Assembly: GCF_000142905.1 (NCBI RefSeq) | Contig: NW_013657659.1 | Location: forward strand, 336,442 to 400,441 | Direction: 5' to 3' | DNA: 64,000 nucleotides | Origin: Thecamonas trahens ATCC 50062 | Taxonomy: Eukaryota; Protista; Apusomonadida | Shown: piece after piece, positions 51,633 to 63,163 of the stretch | Layout of the letters: the number at the start of each line of letters is the position of its first letter | Position numbering within the stretch: the stretch's first letter is position 1 | Made by a program: the position numbers and the translations under genes | The notes under the pieces: model-generated | What the model was told of the DNA's origin: nothing | Database searches by the model: none | What the model saw: the letters and a program-made list of their open reading frames with translations, nothing else

Positions 51633-54000
51633 TTAGTCCGATGACGTCGAAGCCGACGCGGATGAAAGGCCCGACTCGCCAGAGTCATCAACCATTGACG
51701 AGTACGAGTATGTCGAGGTAGTTGAGGAGCTCGACGAGCTCGCCAAGGCCCGCATGCGACGCCGGACGAGCACGAAAACATAACAGCCACAACGCCAACC
51801 GCAACGAGAGCAGAAACAACTCTACCGACGATGCCGCCAGCAGAAGGCGACGCCGACGACGACGGGGTGGCGGAGCCAGGCGCCGGGTTGGTTTGCGACG
51901 CGTGTCCGACAACGCACGAGCTCGCCCCGCATGACACCGCGTAGTCACTTGTCACTGCCCGGACCGCGTCGGGGAACGAGATCTCGATGGAAGAGAACGA
52001 GCCCGCGCCGCGTGAGGCAAAGGTGACAACGGTCTGCGTCGCGTTGCCCGAGAGGCTAAAGCCGGTCGGGAGGATGAGCCGGAGGCTGCCGTCAAGCACT
52101 ACGGATCCCGACCAGACAAGCGGTGCTCCTTCGCCCGACGCCGCCAGGGAGACCCGCAGCGTCGAGCTGCTATCGAGGTTGAAGCACGGGCCAGAGATCG
52201 AACCGGCCGGCGCGACAGCCACCGTTGCGCTCGCGGTCGTCAGGCAGCCTGTGGTCAGCTGCAGTGCTCCGGTGACGCTCAGCGTTGTCTCGCTCCCGAC
52301 CTCGATCGGGATCTCAACCGACTCGGTTCCAACCGAAGTGTCGGTCGTGACCGAGACCTTGCCGCCGGACACCACGCCAAAGGTTGGCGTCGGCGACGGC
52401 GTGCCAAACACGCCCTTCAGCGTGAGCGTGTAGTGTCCGATCGACCCGTATGTCGTCCATCCAGTCGTCGCGTCGCCGTTCGCCGAGCCGCGGACACACG
52501 CCACGTGGGCCCGCCCAGCCCGCAGCTCATTCGCAGCATACTTGCGCACCACATCACCAGCGCCTTCCGGTGCAAGCGTCTCGATCTCGCCAAGCAGGTC
52601 TTCGGTCACGGTCAGCGCTACGTCGAGGTTAGGGCCGGGGCTGAACGGGGCCACTGTGATGTTGACACCGCCGTCCGGCACAAACTTGAAGCAGTCGACG
52701 TCGGTTGCCGAAGTGATAATGCCAGTGGCCACAACCGGGTTCGCCGACGCCGCAGCTGTTGAAGCCACGTCGGTGGCCGACGCCAGATCGCCGCCGTGGT
52801 CGTCAGCACGAAGCGGGAGATGCCCGGCAATGATCGCCAGATCGTCCTGCGACTGCGTCGCACCGCTGTACTCACCCTTGGACCACTGCGAGAGCAAACG
52901 CCCATAGCCGGTGCCCATGATCGGGCCCCAGTCACCATGCCCACCGTAGTAGGTCGAGCTGCTCTTGCCATCGTGCGAGAGCCCGAGCTGGTGCCCAAGC
53001 TCGTGTGACGCAGCATCCGCCATGTTGTCGGCAGCGTCCCCAAGTTGCCTGCGAACACCCACACCGGCTCGTACCTATCTGTGCTCTGCGAGAAGACGTC
53101 GACGTACGCCACGCCGCCGCCGGAAGACGATCGCCACTCGGTCGACGGAGTAAAGACAATGTGCGCCTTCTGGCTTTGCGAGTAGCTGTCGCACCCAGTC
53201 GCCGACGTGGTGATGGTCACGCTCCACGGGGCAAAGTCCTCGCCCATCCGATCCGCCACTTCGTTGATTCTCTCCATCTCCCGTGTCGTGTACGTCGTGT
53301 CCGGCGCGTCGATGCTCCATGGCGCGTAGTTGATCGGATGCGTCGAGTTCCACGCTGACCCGGTGATTGTCCCGCCGCCAAAGTCCAGAAACACGCACCG
53401 TTCGCCACCAGGCCGGACCGTGTACGGCGTCGGCGCACCCTCTGCCACCACAGGCCCGCTATCGGCGGCTGCCGGCACCTCGGCCGGAGCCGGCGCGCTG
53501 GGAATGTCGCACAGCACCGTGCTGAAGTCGCCAACCACAAGGCGATCGTCGGCTTCGCCATTGCGATGTGCCACCATCCGCACGCCCGCGCTGATCTTCT
53601 CGTCCACGCTGTTCCTCGCCACATGGACCACGACTAGGCCGTGTGCGTCTTCGGAAGCGATGAGCCTGTCGTGATGCGGGCAAGAAGCCATGCCAAGCGG
53701 ACAGGCCTCGACAAAGCGGTGGTCATCGTCCGCCAGATGAACAACCTCATACTTCATCTCCAGTCCCGGCACACCAAACACGCTCCCAACAGCCATCTCG
53801 TCCCACATCGTCCACGAAAATCCGCCCCCAACTTCCGAGTTCGATCGAGACGATGCCGCCGACGCCGACAAGCTGGCATCAGCCGCAACCACCTCGTCCG
53901 TCACAGCCGTCCACAGCATGTCCGAGCCACTCGCAGAACTCGCCACAGAGGCCACACACAGCACCACAAACACAGCACAGAGCGACGTAGCCATGTACAT
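51633..54000 (-). CDS. type I membrane zinc metalloprotease (metzincin) with PPC-like domain; frameshifts ~53040 and ~51775
   Basis: Signal peptide, then FLDFGG, EDFAPW, GGVAY, HELGHQLGLSHDG, WGPIMG (Met-turn) and SQWSKGEY. TM GIVGRVVSALVAVGVVAV...FVLVRRR; TAA at 51633. Confidence 0.85.
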
Positions 54001-54154
54001 GACTTGTCGACTTGGTTGAGTCGTGAGTCATATGAGAAAACGCATTGGTTTGCCCGTCGATGTGCTCGATAGGGTGAAGGCGGTTGCGGCTGAGAGCCAA
54101 TTTGCGAAAGGCCCGCAGATATCCGAGTTGGCCGTGCTGGCCGTGATGGCGGCG

Positions 54155-54898
54155 GCCATGCCGATGTTACGCACCGTGATGACGGCGGCTATCACTGTCA
54201 TGCCATGCCGATGTTACGCACCGTGATGACGGCGGCTATCACTGTCATGCCATGCCGATGTTGCGCACCGTGATGACGGCGGCTATCACTGTCATGCCAT
54301 GCCGATGTTACGCACCGTGATGACGGCGGCTATCACTGTCATGCCATGCCGATGTTACGCACCGTGATGACGGCGGCTGTCACTGTCATGCCATGCCGAT
54401 GTTGCGCACCGTGATGACGGCGGCTATCACTGTCATGCCATGCCGATGTTGCGCACCGTGATGACGGCGGCTATCACTGTCATGCCATGCCGATGTTACG
54501 CACCGTGATGACGGCGGCTATCACTGTCATGCCATGCCGATGTTGCGCACCGTGATGACGGCGGCTATCACTGTCATGCCATGCCGATGTTGCGCACCGT
54601 GATGACGGCGGCTATCACTGTCATGCCATGCCGATGTTGCGCACCGTGATGACGGCGGCTATCACTGTCATGCCATGCCGATGTTGCGCACCACGATGAC
54701 GGCGGCTATCACTGTCATGCCATGCCGATGTTGCGCACCACGATGACGGCGGCTATCACTGTTATGCCATGCCGATGTTGCGCACCGTGATGACGGCGGC
54801 TATCACTGTCATGCCATGCCGATGTTACGCACCGTGATGACGGCGGCTATCACTGTCATGCCATGCCGATGTTGCGCACCACGATGACGGCGGCTATC
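54155..54898. repeat. 47-bp minisatellite, 16 near-identical copies
   Basis: Unit GCCATGCCGATGTTRCGCACCRYGATGACGGCGGCTATCACTGTCAT. GACGGCGGCT recurs every 47 bp from 54181 to 54886. Confidence 0.97.
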
Positions 54899-55039
54899 GT
54901 TGCCGTGCCGTAATGTCTGCTGCAATGCCTGCATCCGACGCCAGTCGACATGCCATGAGCGTTCTCTTCGAGCTCGAGCTGCACTCCCTCTCCTCCTCCC
55001 TCTCCCTCTCCCCACCCCACTCTGCTCCACCCTGCCTGC

Positions 55040-55939
55040 ATGAACGCTGTCCGCCGAAGCCTGGGCGGTGGCTGCACAGGCCTGCTCGACCTGCTCGCCA
55101 CGCCGCTGGCCGGTCCTTCCACTCCGCTCCGCGAGTGGCTGCTCCAGGCGCCCGACCACGGCGCGTCGGTCACCTACCTCCGCCATGGCACCACTCCAGC
55201 AGAGACAGACTCGTCATCGAAGCCATCATCGGCGGGTATTGTTGTCCTCGGTTCGCGGCACTACTCGCGTGGTTCGATCGCAGATGTGGGCGCAGTGGCG
55301 GCGGCCATCAACTCGCTGGCGGGCGTGGCGGTCGAGCTGGATCCTGAAGGCGCAGAGCCGTTTGCAGACTCGGTGGCCGACGAGGCGTATGACTCGCTGC
55401 CGTCCGAGATGCACGTGGCTGCATGGGTCGCTGCCTCGCGCCGCATTCCGCTGCTTGGCATCGATCGTGATCGCTCGCGGACCTATGCCGGCATGCGGTC
55501 GTCGCGGTCGGTGGTCTCGATGATCCGCGGTTATCTGGTGCTCGCGGTGCGGGCGATGCCGTACTACGCGGCGCGATGGGTCGGCCAGGTGCTGCAGCGG
55601 CCGCCGCGCGAGCTTGCTGTCAAAGAGGATGCGCTCCGGGTGGTGATTGCCGAAAGGCAGGCAGCCGGCAAGGTCGAGCTGACGCCGGCCGAGGTCGACG
55701 CGGTTGTCGCCGCCGGTCACGCCCGCGAGCACCACATCCACATGCGGGCCATGGCGCGTGCAGCCTTTGCCGAGCACGCGTCGTTCCTCTCAATCTTGCT
55801 CGACCAGCGCGACTTTGCGATGGCCACGGCTCTGTGGTCCGCGCCGCGGCCGACCGTGCTCGCTGTTGTCGGAAAGGGCCACCTCGTCGGCCTCGAAGCC
55901 TGGTGGGACGCGCTGTCATCGCCGCGTCAGGCGTCGTGA
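55040..55939 (+). CDS. TraB/PrgY-family (TRABD-like) protein
   Basis: VLGSRHYS, VAVELD, SEMHVA, LGIDRD, LLDQRD and VLAVVGKGHLVGL. Confidence 0.82.
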   Translation: MNAVRRSLGGGCTGLLDLLATPLAGPSTPLREWLLQAPDHGASVTYLRHGTTPAETDSSSKPSSAGIVVLGSRHYSRGSIADVGAVAAAINSLAGVAVELDPEGAEPFADSVADEAYDSLPSEMHVAAWVAASRRIPLLGIDRDRSRTYAGMRSSRSVVSMIRGYLVLAVRAMPYYAARWVGQVLQRPPRELAVKEDALRVVIAERQAAGKVELTPAEVDAVVAAGHAREHHIHMRAMARAAFAEHASFLSILLDQRDFAMATALWSAPRPTVLAVVGKGHLVGLEAWWDALSSPRQAS

Positions 55940-56010
55940 CGGAGCAAGGCTGCGCTCACGACAGAGTTCATTCGAGGAATCGAGGACCATGTTGCGGCAA
56001 CTACGCTGCA

Positions 56011-58275
56011 CTACCCATACGGCGAGCACTGGACGTGGAAGCCCGAGCCAGTCTCAAAGAAGACGTGGCGGGCGACGGTTGAGCGAAGCGTTGGGCCGCT
56101 GCCATCGGCGTGGCTGTCGCCGTCGCCGTTGCCGGGCGCGAGGCCGCCGTTCATGGCAAGGGTGTTGGGTGCGGTCCGCAGTGCGGCCTCATAGTCTGCA
56201 CCCTGAGTGTGGGCAAAGAGGTGCAAGATGGCGGTGAGAGCAGTGGGAAGGATGGGCCCACCGATGTCGAGACAATACAGAGCCTCGACGCCCGACTCGT
56301 GGGCCTTGGCCCGCTTGATCACCCCGTTGTTCGCCACGTGCAGCGACTTCATCGACGCATTGAGGAAAGGGCCCGGAGCGAGGAGGACCGGGACGGTCAG
56401 CGGGCGGCGACGCCTCTTGTAGTTGAGCAGAAAGTTAAAGAGGGCATGGACGCCGGCCTTGGACTCGACGACTAGCGCCGACGTCGGCGTCTCGTCCTCG
56501 ACAAGAGGGTGGACGCTCTCCGCGCCCGCCGCGACGGGCAGCGGAGAATGGAACGGCACATCGGCCTGGGTGAGGAGAGCCCGGAAGCCAGTCGTCGACG
56601 ACGAGACCACCGCGCCGCCCGGGCGAAACAGGATGGTCCGCTCTGCCGTCTCAAAGTAAAAGTACGGCACGGCGCCGCGCTTGAAGAGCGCGTAGAGCGA
56701 GAGCAGTGCGCTGCGCCATGCCTCGCGCCGGAGCGCGAAAAAGTCGGCCAGCGCCTTCTCGTCGCCAGATCGCAGCGCCGGTGCCTTGTCCGACGCAAAC
56801 GTGCCAAGCGTCACAAGATCGCTGGGCACGTCCGACTCGGGATACCGCCAGTACAGCAGCGCAGCCGCAAGGTTGGCCTCGACTCCGGCCGCGGGCTCCT
56901 CGCCTGGCGTAACGGCGGGCAGCTCGCTCCGCGCAAAGCCGATCGTTCCGGCGGCGAGTGCGTCAGCAGAGAGCGGCTCGGCCCAGTCAAAGCTCGATGT
57001 CGAGGTGAACCGGAGTGATGACTTGATCGACCAATCGCGCGGCATGACCGGCGCCGCCACCGCCGTCTCTGCGCTGCGGTCCGACGGTGCCGCCAGCTGC
57101 TGCAGCAGCTCGGCCTCGTCCTCCTCAAACATCGACATGGTCACCCGAGGCGTCTCCAAACTAACTGCGTCGAACGAGGGCATGCTCGCCACAAGCTCCT
57201 CGCTCAGCGTCGAGCCCGAACCCAAGTCCGAGATCGACCGCGAGCCAAGCCGAAGGAGCGAGAACTCGTCGCGCATCCCGCAAGTCGGCGTCGCTCGCGC
57301 AGATCGGCTGACCGGGTCACCTGACTCGCCGGCTCCATCGGCATACGGAAGGCCAAGCGAGGAGACCGGCCGCGTAAACTTGGACGCAAACTCGGTGGTG
57401 TTGGACCGGGGCGCCGCCGCAGCGGCAGCGGCAGCGGCAGCCGACGACGCCGATGACGCCTCGGCAGCCATTGCCGCAACCTTGTTCTGGCGCTTGCGTT
57501 CCTTGGCTCGCCGCCGTCCTCCGCGCGAGTACGGTGCAAACCGCGAGCTCGGTGAGAAGAGCGGCGTGGTCGTCGGCATCGTCGCCGACCGCACCACTTG
57601 TGGGGCCACAGCCTCGCCATCGATCTCGTGCGGAAGAAGGACCGAGAGCCCGCAGGGGTGTCGCAACGCCAGCGACGTTGCATCCTCGCCGGCAGCGGTA
57701 GCAGCAGCAGCCCTGCCGCTGCCACTGCCGTTGCTGTACGAGATCTGGAAAATCTGCGTCGGCTGCATGCTCGTCTCGTCACCGGCCGTGACTGGCGAGA
57801 TCGAAGACCGCGACCGCGACCGGCGCATCCGCGCGGTGCTGAGCGGACGGGCGCGCGAGCCACCCTGCGGCGACGACGGCGGGCCTGACGATGCCGACCT
57901 CATCGGCACAGGCTCGTTCGGCGTCCGTGGCGTCACGTTGGCCTGCACCTCCATCGCCCGCGGTGTCGATGCGGCCGGCGTCCGCGGCGTCGACGCCACC
58001 GAGTTGCTCGGGGACGAGCCGCACGAGCCGGGAGTAGTCTTGAGAAAGTCGAGCATGCCAAACGAGGTCAGCTCAGAGTCGCGAGCCACGCCCATGTGGC
58101 TCGATGGCACGATGGCCTCAAACTGGAAGCGCGGCGGCCGCGATGGAGGCCGCGACGCCGATGACCGCGACGATGACGTCGACATTGCCAGCGGAGGCCG
58201 CGACGCCGGACGCGACGGCCGTCCCGTTCGCGACATGCCCGAAGCCCCGTTCGGGTTAGAGCTTCTCGACCGCAT
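56011..58275 (-). CDS. DONSON: DONSON / humpty-dumpty replisome factor
   Basis: PRDWSIKSSLRFTS..FDW, PYFY...TILFR, STTGFRALL, PVLLAPGPFLNASM and GPILP. Confidence 0.85.
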   Translation of the reverse strand: MRSRSSNPNGASGMSRTGRPSRPASRPPLAMSTSSSRSSASRPPSRPPRFQFEAIVPSSHMGVARDSELTSFGMLDFLKTTPGSCGSSPSNSVASTPRTPAASTPRAMEVQANVTPRTPNEPVPMRSASSGPPSSPQGGSRARPLSTARMRRSRSRSSISPVTAGDETSMQPTQIFQISYSNGSGSGRAAAATAAGEDATSLALRHPCGLSVLLPHEIDGEAVAPQVVRSATMPTTTPLFSPSSRFAPYSRGGRRRAKERKRQNKVAAMAAEASSASSAAAAAAAAAAPRSNTTEFASKFTRPVSSLGLPYADGAGESGDPVSRSARATPTCGMRDEFSLLRLGSRSISDLGSGSTLSEELVASMPSFDAVSLETPRVTMSMFEEDEAELLQQLAAPSDRSAETAVAAPVMPRDWSIKSSLRFTSTSSFDWAEPLSADALAAGTIGFARSELPAVTPGEEPAAGVEANLAAALLYWRYPESDVPSDLVTLGTFASDKAPALRSGDEKALADFFALRREAWRSALLSLYALFKRGAVPYFYFETAERTILFRPGGAVVSSSTTGFRALLTQADVPFHSPLPVAAGAESVHPLVEDETPTSALVVESKAGVHALFNFLLNYKRRRRPLTVPVLLAPGPFLNASMKSLHVANNGVIKRAKAHESGVEALYCLDIGGPILPTALTAILHLFAHTQGADYEAALRTAPNTLAMNGGLAPGNGDGDSHADGSGPTLRSTVARHVFFETGSGFHVQCSPYG

Positions 58276-58911
58276 CGCTAAGCCAAGCTTCTGGATAAGT
58301 CCCGGGAAGTGCGGGTCGATGAGGCGTTTGTCTCAAAAACTGGCCAATGAGCCGATACTGACAGAACCGCCAGTAAAAGCGAAGAAGGAGGGGCCAGGAA
58401 AGGCAACGTTTCCGACGGTGTCGCGGGTGAAGCACGTATGTGGATGCGACACAGAGCAGATCAACAGATAGGCAATGTTCTCAACGACAAGCTTGTGTTG
58501 TTCTTGTTGAAACCCTCCTTAAAATGCGCTTCTACCGCTGGAAAGAGTCTCCCGCTACCTGGTGTGCGGTGCAGCGGCGAAGGCAGCGGAGCGGGTCGGC
58601 GAAGAAAGTCCCAATCGACGATTCTTCACCCTGCCTGGGGGAGGGGGGGGAGGGGGGGAGGTACACGGAACAGGTGCAAGAGGAGAGGAGGACGGGGGGG
58701 GGGGGGGGAGGGGGGAGGAAGGAGAGGGGAAGGAGGGAGGAGGGGGGCGGTGGTTAAGTGGCGTTCAGCCAGCTACGCCAGTGGGGTGCGGTGATGTGGG
58801 GGAAGGTCCGCAAAGGGTCCGTGACGGCAAGGTGACGACCAAGCGTTTTGTAGCTTTTGGCTTGACACTCATCGATGACGATGCGAACTGGTGGTTTGAA
58901 GACGGACACTG

Positions 58912-60845
58912 CTACGACGAGCTAGCAGCGCCGCTTGCGGTGGCCCGAGCAGAAGATACGGAACTACGGTCAGGCGAATGTGCAGATGAGCTCGGGTCGA
59001 CTGCAGTAGTGGGGATATCGATGGCAAGGTCAGTGCGGCCCGCGAACTCGCCCGCCGCCTCGCAACGACGGACCGAGAGCGCTACGGTGAGCGAGAGGCG
59101 CGAGTTGGAGACGTACTCTGCGCGGCGACGCGGACAGCAGAACCAAGGATCGCGCCACTGCGTACCCGGGGCCATGATGAGATCTGTGGCAGAGGAGCCG
59201 AGCTCGAACGGATGGAGAACGAGACGGAGGTGGGCATCGACGTTCACCCAGGGTGACGAGGCTGGACCCTGGGTGAGGCGGGCGAGGGTGAGGCCGAGGT
59301 AGCCCGGAGCCACGCTCTGATCCTCGACGACACCGACAGCCCACCGATCGCCGCAGGCATCAAAGCACCGCTGCGCCGGAAGTTGGGCAAAGTCGCGCGG
59401 GCCAAAGACAAAGTCGCGCTCGACCGTGGTGGGCTCGCCGGTGGGAGCCAGATGTGACGGCGGGAGGCGCGGTTTGCGGCTCGAGGCGTACTGCGCCATC
59501 TCGTACTGCTGCAGCTTGCGGAGCTCGTCGAGTGAAAAGTCTGCAGCACAGTCGGCAGCCACAAACTCGCGGAGCAGGGCATCCGAAGTGTCTGTCGGCA
59601 GCAGCGATCGCGGGACTGGCTCGACACACTGCGACGAGAGCGGGCAACGTGCGGAGTCTCGTAAAAGACAACCGTCGGCTGGAGCCGGCCAGACTTGCAC
59701 ATAGCGACAACATCGGCCCACGAGTCGCCGACTTTGCGGACCCGCTCATCGTCAAAGTACATCCAGGCCTGCGGCTCGGCCGAGTCAGACGACTTGTGGA
59801 AGCACACGTAATGGCGCCCGTAGAAGCAGATCATGCCGCCCAGCTCGTAGCGCGACGACCGCGGCACGCCGTAGAACACATTGCGCAGGTTAAGCTTCTC
59901 GTCGATCGAGTCAAGTGCGCGAGAGATGTCGTTCTTGCTCGGCTCTGGATGCCAGTCGAGGACAAGCGAAAAGACCTTCGGCTCGCGCTGCAGAAAGAGC
60001 TGGAGCACCGGCGCCCGGGCGCATGGAACTGCGCCGGGGCATCGGCGCGCCGAACCCTGTTCGTCGTACGCGTGCGCGAGCCGAGCATCCAGCGCAAGCT
60101 CCGGATCCGCCGCCAACAACTCGGGCACAAACACCCGGTGCGCAAAGGCCGAGTACGGCAGCGGCTCGGACGTGGCGCCGCACCCGCACTCGACCCGCTC
60201 GCACAGCTCCATGCCAAAGACTTCGTGGGCGATGCAGGGCGGCAAGCAGACAGCATCGGCACTTGACACGCACGCTTCATGCATCCACCCCAAAATCGAG
60301 TCCAACGCCTCAGTGGCGTCAGCCATGTCCAGCATGCCAAAGCGGGCGCTCGGCGCGCCGATCTGAGCCAGCGCCAGTCGGACCGCCACCGGGTCGAGGC
60401 TCCCCGCGATCGCCATTGTCTCGTACGCGCCAAACATCTCTTGCAAGGCACAGAGCAGGCAGACTTCCGGCTCGGCCGGGGGAGTAGGCGAGGCCGAGGG
60501 AGAGCGACGAACGTTGGCGTTGCTGTCATTGCCGTCGTTGCCGTCGGCGTCGTCGTCCGAGTCGGAGAGACAGGTTCCGATCTGCGGAGCAAATGAGTGG
60601 CCATGGGCATCATCTGGCGCAGCGATAACAGCCTCGCGGAAGATGCGCATATGGAAGAGGCTCTGGATGATGACATTGGCAAAGCAGTTGTTCTCGGACT
60701 CGTTGAGGAGGCCTTTGCCAAGCCGCGATGGTGGCGGTCGGTCGGCGGCCAGGGTGGCACCAGCAGGGGGGGGCGCGTACGGTGACGAGGCATACCTCCC
60801 CCAGTCCCCGTCTCCGTCTTCTTTGCGACCCAGTCGATTGCCCAT
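58912..60845 (-). CDS. USP53/USP54-like ubiquitin-specific protease with C-terminal MATH-like region; frameshift ~59645
   Basis: Cys box GKGLLNESENNCFANVIIQSL, DATEAL, His box MICFYGRHYVCF, WMYFDDERV and QPTVVFY. Confidence 0.85.
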
Positions 60846-61055
60846 GGTGGAGTTTGGAGTTGGGTGGGTCTGGGTGTGTGTAGGGGAGGGGGGGGGAGGG
60901 GGAGGGGAGGGGAGGGGAGATGCGCATGTGTGGGTGGCATGGCCATGGAGCTCGAATTCGACGGGCGGGAGGCGGCACGCGGCGAGCGGCGGGCGGTGAT
61001 GAGGCGGGCGATGGCAACAACGTCGGTTTTGCTTTTCAATCGTGGTCTACTGGAT

Positions 61056-63163
61056 TTACAACACGTTCTGCTTGTTCTTGATCTTCTTTGCCTTTCCCTT
61101 GCTCTTGCCCTTAGCCTGGCCCTTGATATTGCTCTTCTGCTTCTTGGTGGACGGCTCGATCTTGTTCGCCTGCGGCGGGTTGGCGGGGACGGGGATGGGC
61201 TCGGACTGGCGCTTGCGCTTGCGGGCTGCCGATGCGGAGGGATCAGGATCGTCACGCTCAAAGAGGGCGACAAAGAAGCCGATAGTGTGGTCAGCGGCGG
61301 GGTCGGTGCGAATGACCCGAGCGGCGATGTCGTCGCAGAGCGAGCAGCCGGTGGAGGCGGGCAAGGGCGCGGCCGAGGTGGGCGCGGCGGGTTTGGAAGC
61401 GGGAGCCGACGAGGTTCCCATCAGCTGGGCGAGGAGATCAGCTCCGGAAAGAGATGCCTGCGAGGAGGCAGAGCCAGCTGCGGTGGCGGTGGCGGCGGCA
61501 GCGGTGGCAACAGGGCAGGCGCGCCAGGCGTTGGGGTCGCCGCGGCGCGCCCAGGCGGCGAGCTCGCCATCAGGCTCTGCGAGCCGCCAGCCGCGGGACG
61601 CGCCCCACTCGAGCAGAGTGTGGACAACGGCCTCGTTCTCTGTCACGTGGATGGAGCAGGTGGAGTAGGTGATGCGGCGTGCAGCCGGGAACGACATGGC
61701 ATGCTGCATGGCCTCGATCTGAAAGGCGGCGAGGGCCTCGAGGCGGCGCTGGCCCTCGTTGTCGTCTTCGTGCGCGGTAGAGGCGACGACATCGATGTGG
61801 CCAGCCTCCTGGACACCCGGGTCTGTGCCCTCCTCCTCGTCACTATCGTCGTCACTATCGTCACCAGCGCCTTTCGGGCCGGGGACTGGCTTGCGGCGCG
61901 GCTTGTCGGTGGTGAGCGGGCCGACGAGTGCGTCCTGGCGCGAGACGATGCCCGAGCCGGAGCACGACGGATCGACGAGCAGATGGGTAACAGCGGCAAG
62001 GTCCGGGTCTGTGAGTGAGGCCTCTAGAAAGTTGCCCACACGCGAGTCAATGGTATCTGCGGCGTGGGCACGGGCAGTGAGCTTGCGGAGCGTGGCCATG
62101 CGGGTACGCGACTTGTCAAAGGCAATGACGCGGCCGTCGCCGCCCATGCGGGCAACGAGATGCGAGGTCTTGTTGCCTGGAGCGGCGCAAGCGTCGATGA
62201 CCGAGGCGTGCGGCGGCGGCGCTAGCAGAGCCGCCGGGAAGCACGAGGCCTTGTCCTGCAGGATGATGCCACCACCGAGGTAGACCTCGTCGTCGTGAAA
62301 GTCTGTCACGGGGCAAACACGAGCATGTCGCTGAGGATGTCATCGCGAGCGACCATGCGCTTGCCCTCGTCGCTCTTGGCCATCCAGGCTGCCATGGCGA
62401 CGTCGAGGCTCACCTCAACAAAGGGGTCGACAGCAAGAGTGGTGTAGTGCTCGAGAACGAGGTCGACCGAGGCGATTAGGGTGTTGACGCGGGCGTAGCG
62501 CGGAATGAGCGGCATGCACCGGATGTGCTCCGGGAGCAGGTCGATGTCGGACTTGGCCTTGGCTTTGATCTTGATGCGGGCCAGCGCGGTCGAGAGGCGA
62601 GACTTTGAGCCCATCAGCAGCTTCTTCACCTTGCCCCCGCCCTCGATCTTCTTCTTCCCAAACAGTAAATCGTACAGCGCGACGTACGCCACCCATCGCG
62701 AGCGCTCGTTCTTGAACATGCTTGCGCGAGCCACCTCGGGCACAGCAGCCACCACCGAGGCCAGCACCGACTTCCCTGCGAGCGGCGAGTCGTCACCCCC
62801 TCGTCATTGCCGCAGCCGATCATTGTCGGATTCCGAACACAGTCGCAGTGCGGCCCAATAGCCCAGCATGGTCGCAGCCACAGATCATCGACACCACACA
62901 AGGCAACCGCCAGGCAATCATAGGCCAGCACAGGCAACCGAATCAACAGATCACACACACCATAAGTGACGCCCCTCCCTTGTCTCCCTCTCTTGCCCCC
63001 TCTCCTTCTCTATCGTACACTTGAGCGTCTCAAAGACGAGGGCATAGACCTTGCGGAGCGTGGCGGGCTTGTCACCCGTAGTGAGGAGAGCATTCTTGAG
63101 AGAGACCTTATGGGCATGGACCATCTGCAGCACCTTTCCCGCCTGGGTATACGCATGCGACAT
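61056..63163 (-). CDS. NSUN5: NSUN5/Rcm1 rRNA m5C methyltransferase; exon 63163-63019, intron 63018-62776, frameshift ~62310
   Basis: VYALVFETLK, LYDLLFGK, PRYARVNTL, ILQDKASCFPA, IDACAAPGNKTSHL, LVDPSCSGSG and YSTCSIHVTENEAVV. The GTACGA...GCAG intron joins in frame. Confidence 0.93.

Noticed and set aside
54155-54898. CRISPR-like array
   Set aside because: The units are contiguous with no unique spacers, there are no cas genes, and the context is eukaryotic.
6463-63163. Calling the frameshifted genes pseudogenes
   Set aside because: Catalytic motifs are intact, there are no in-frame stops, and the breaks sit in homopolymers, so sequencing error is more parsimonious.
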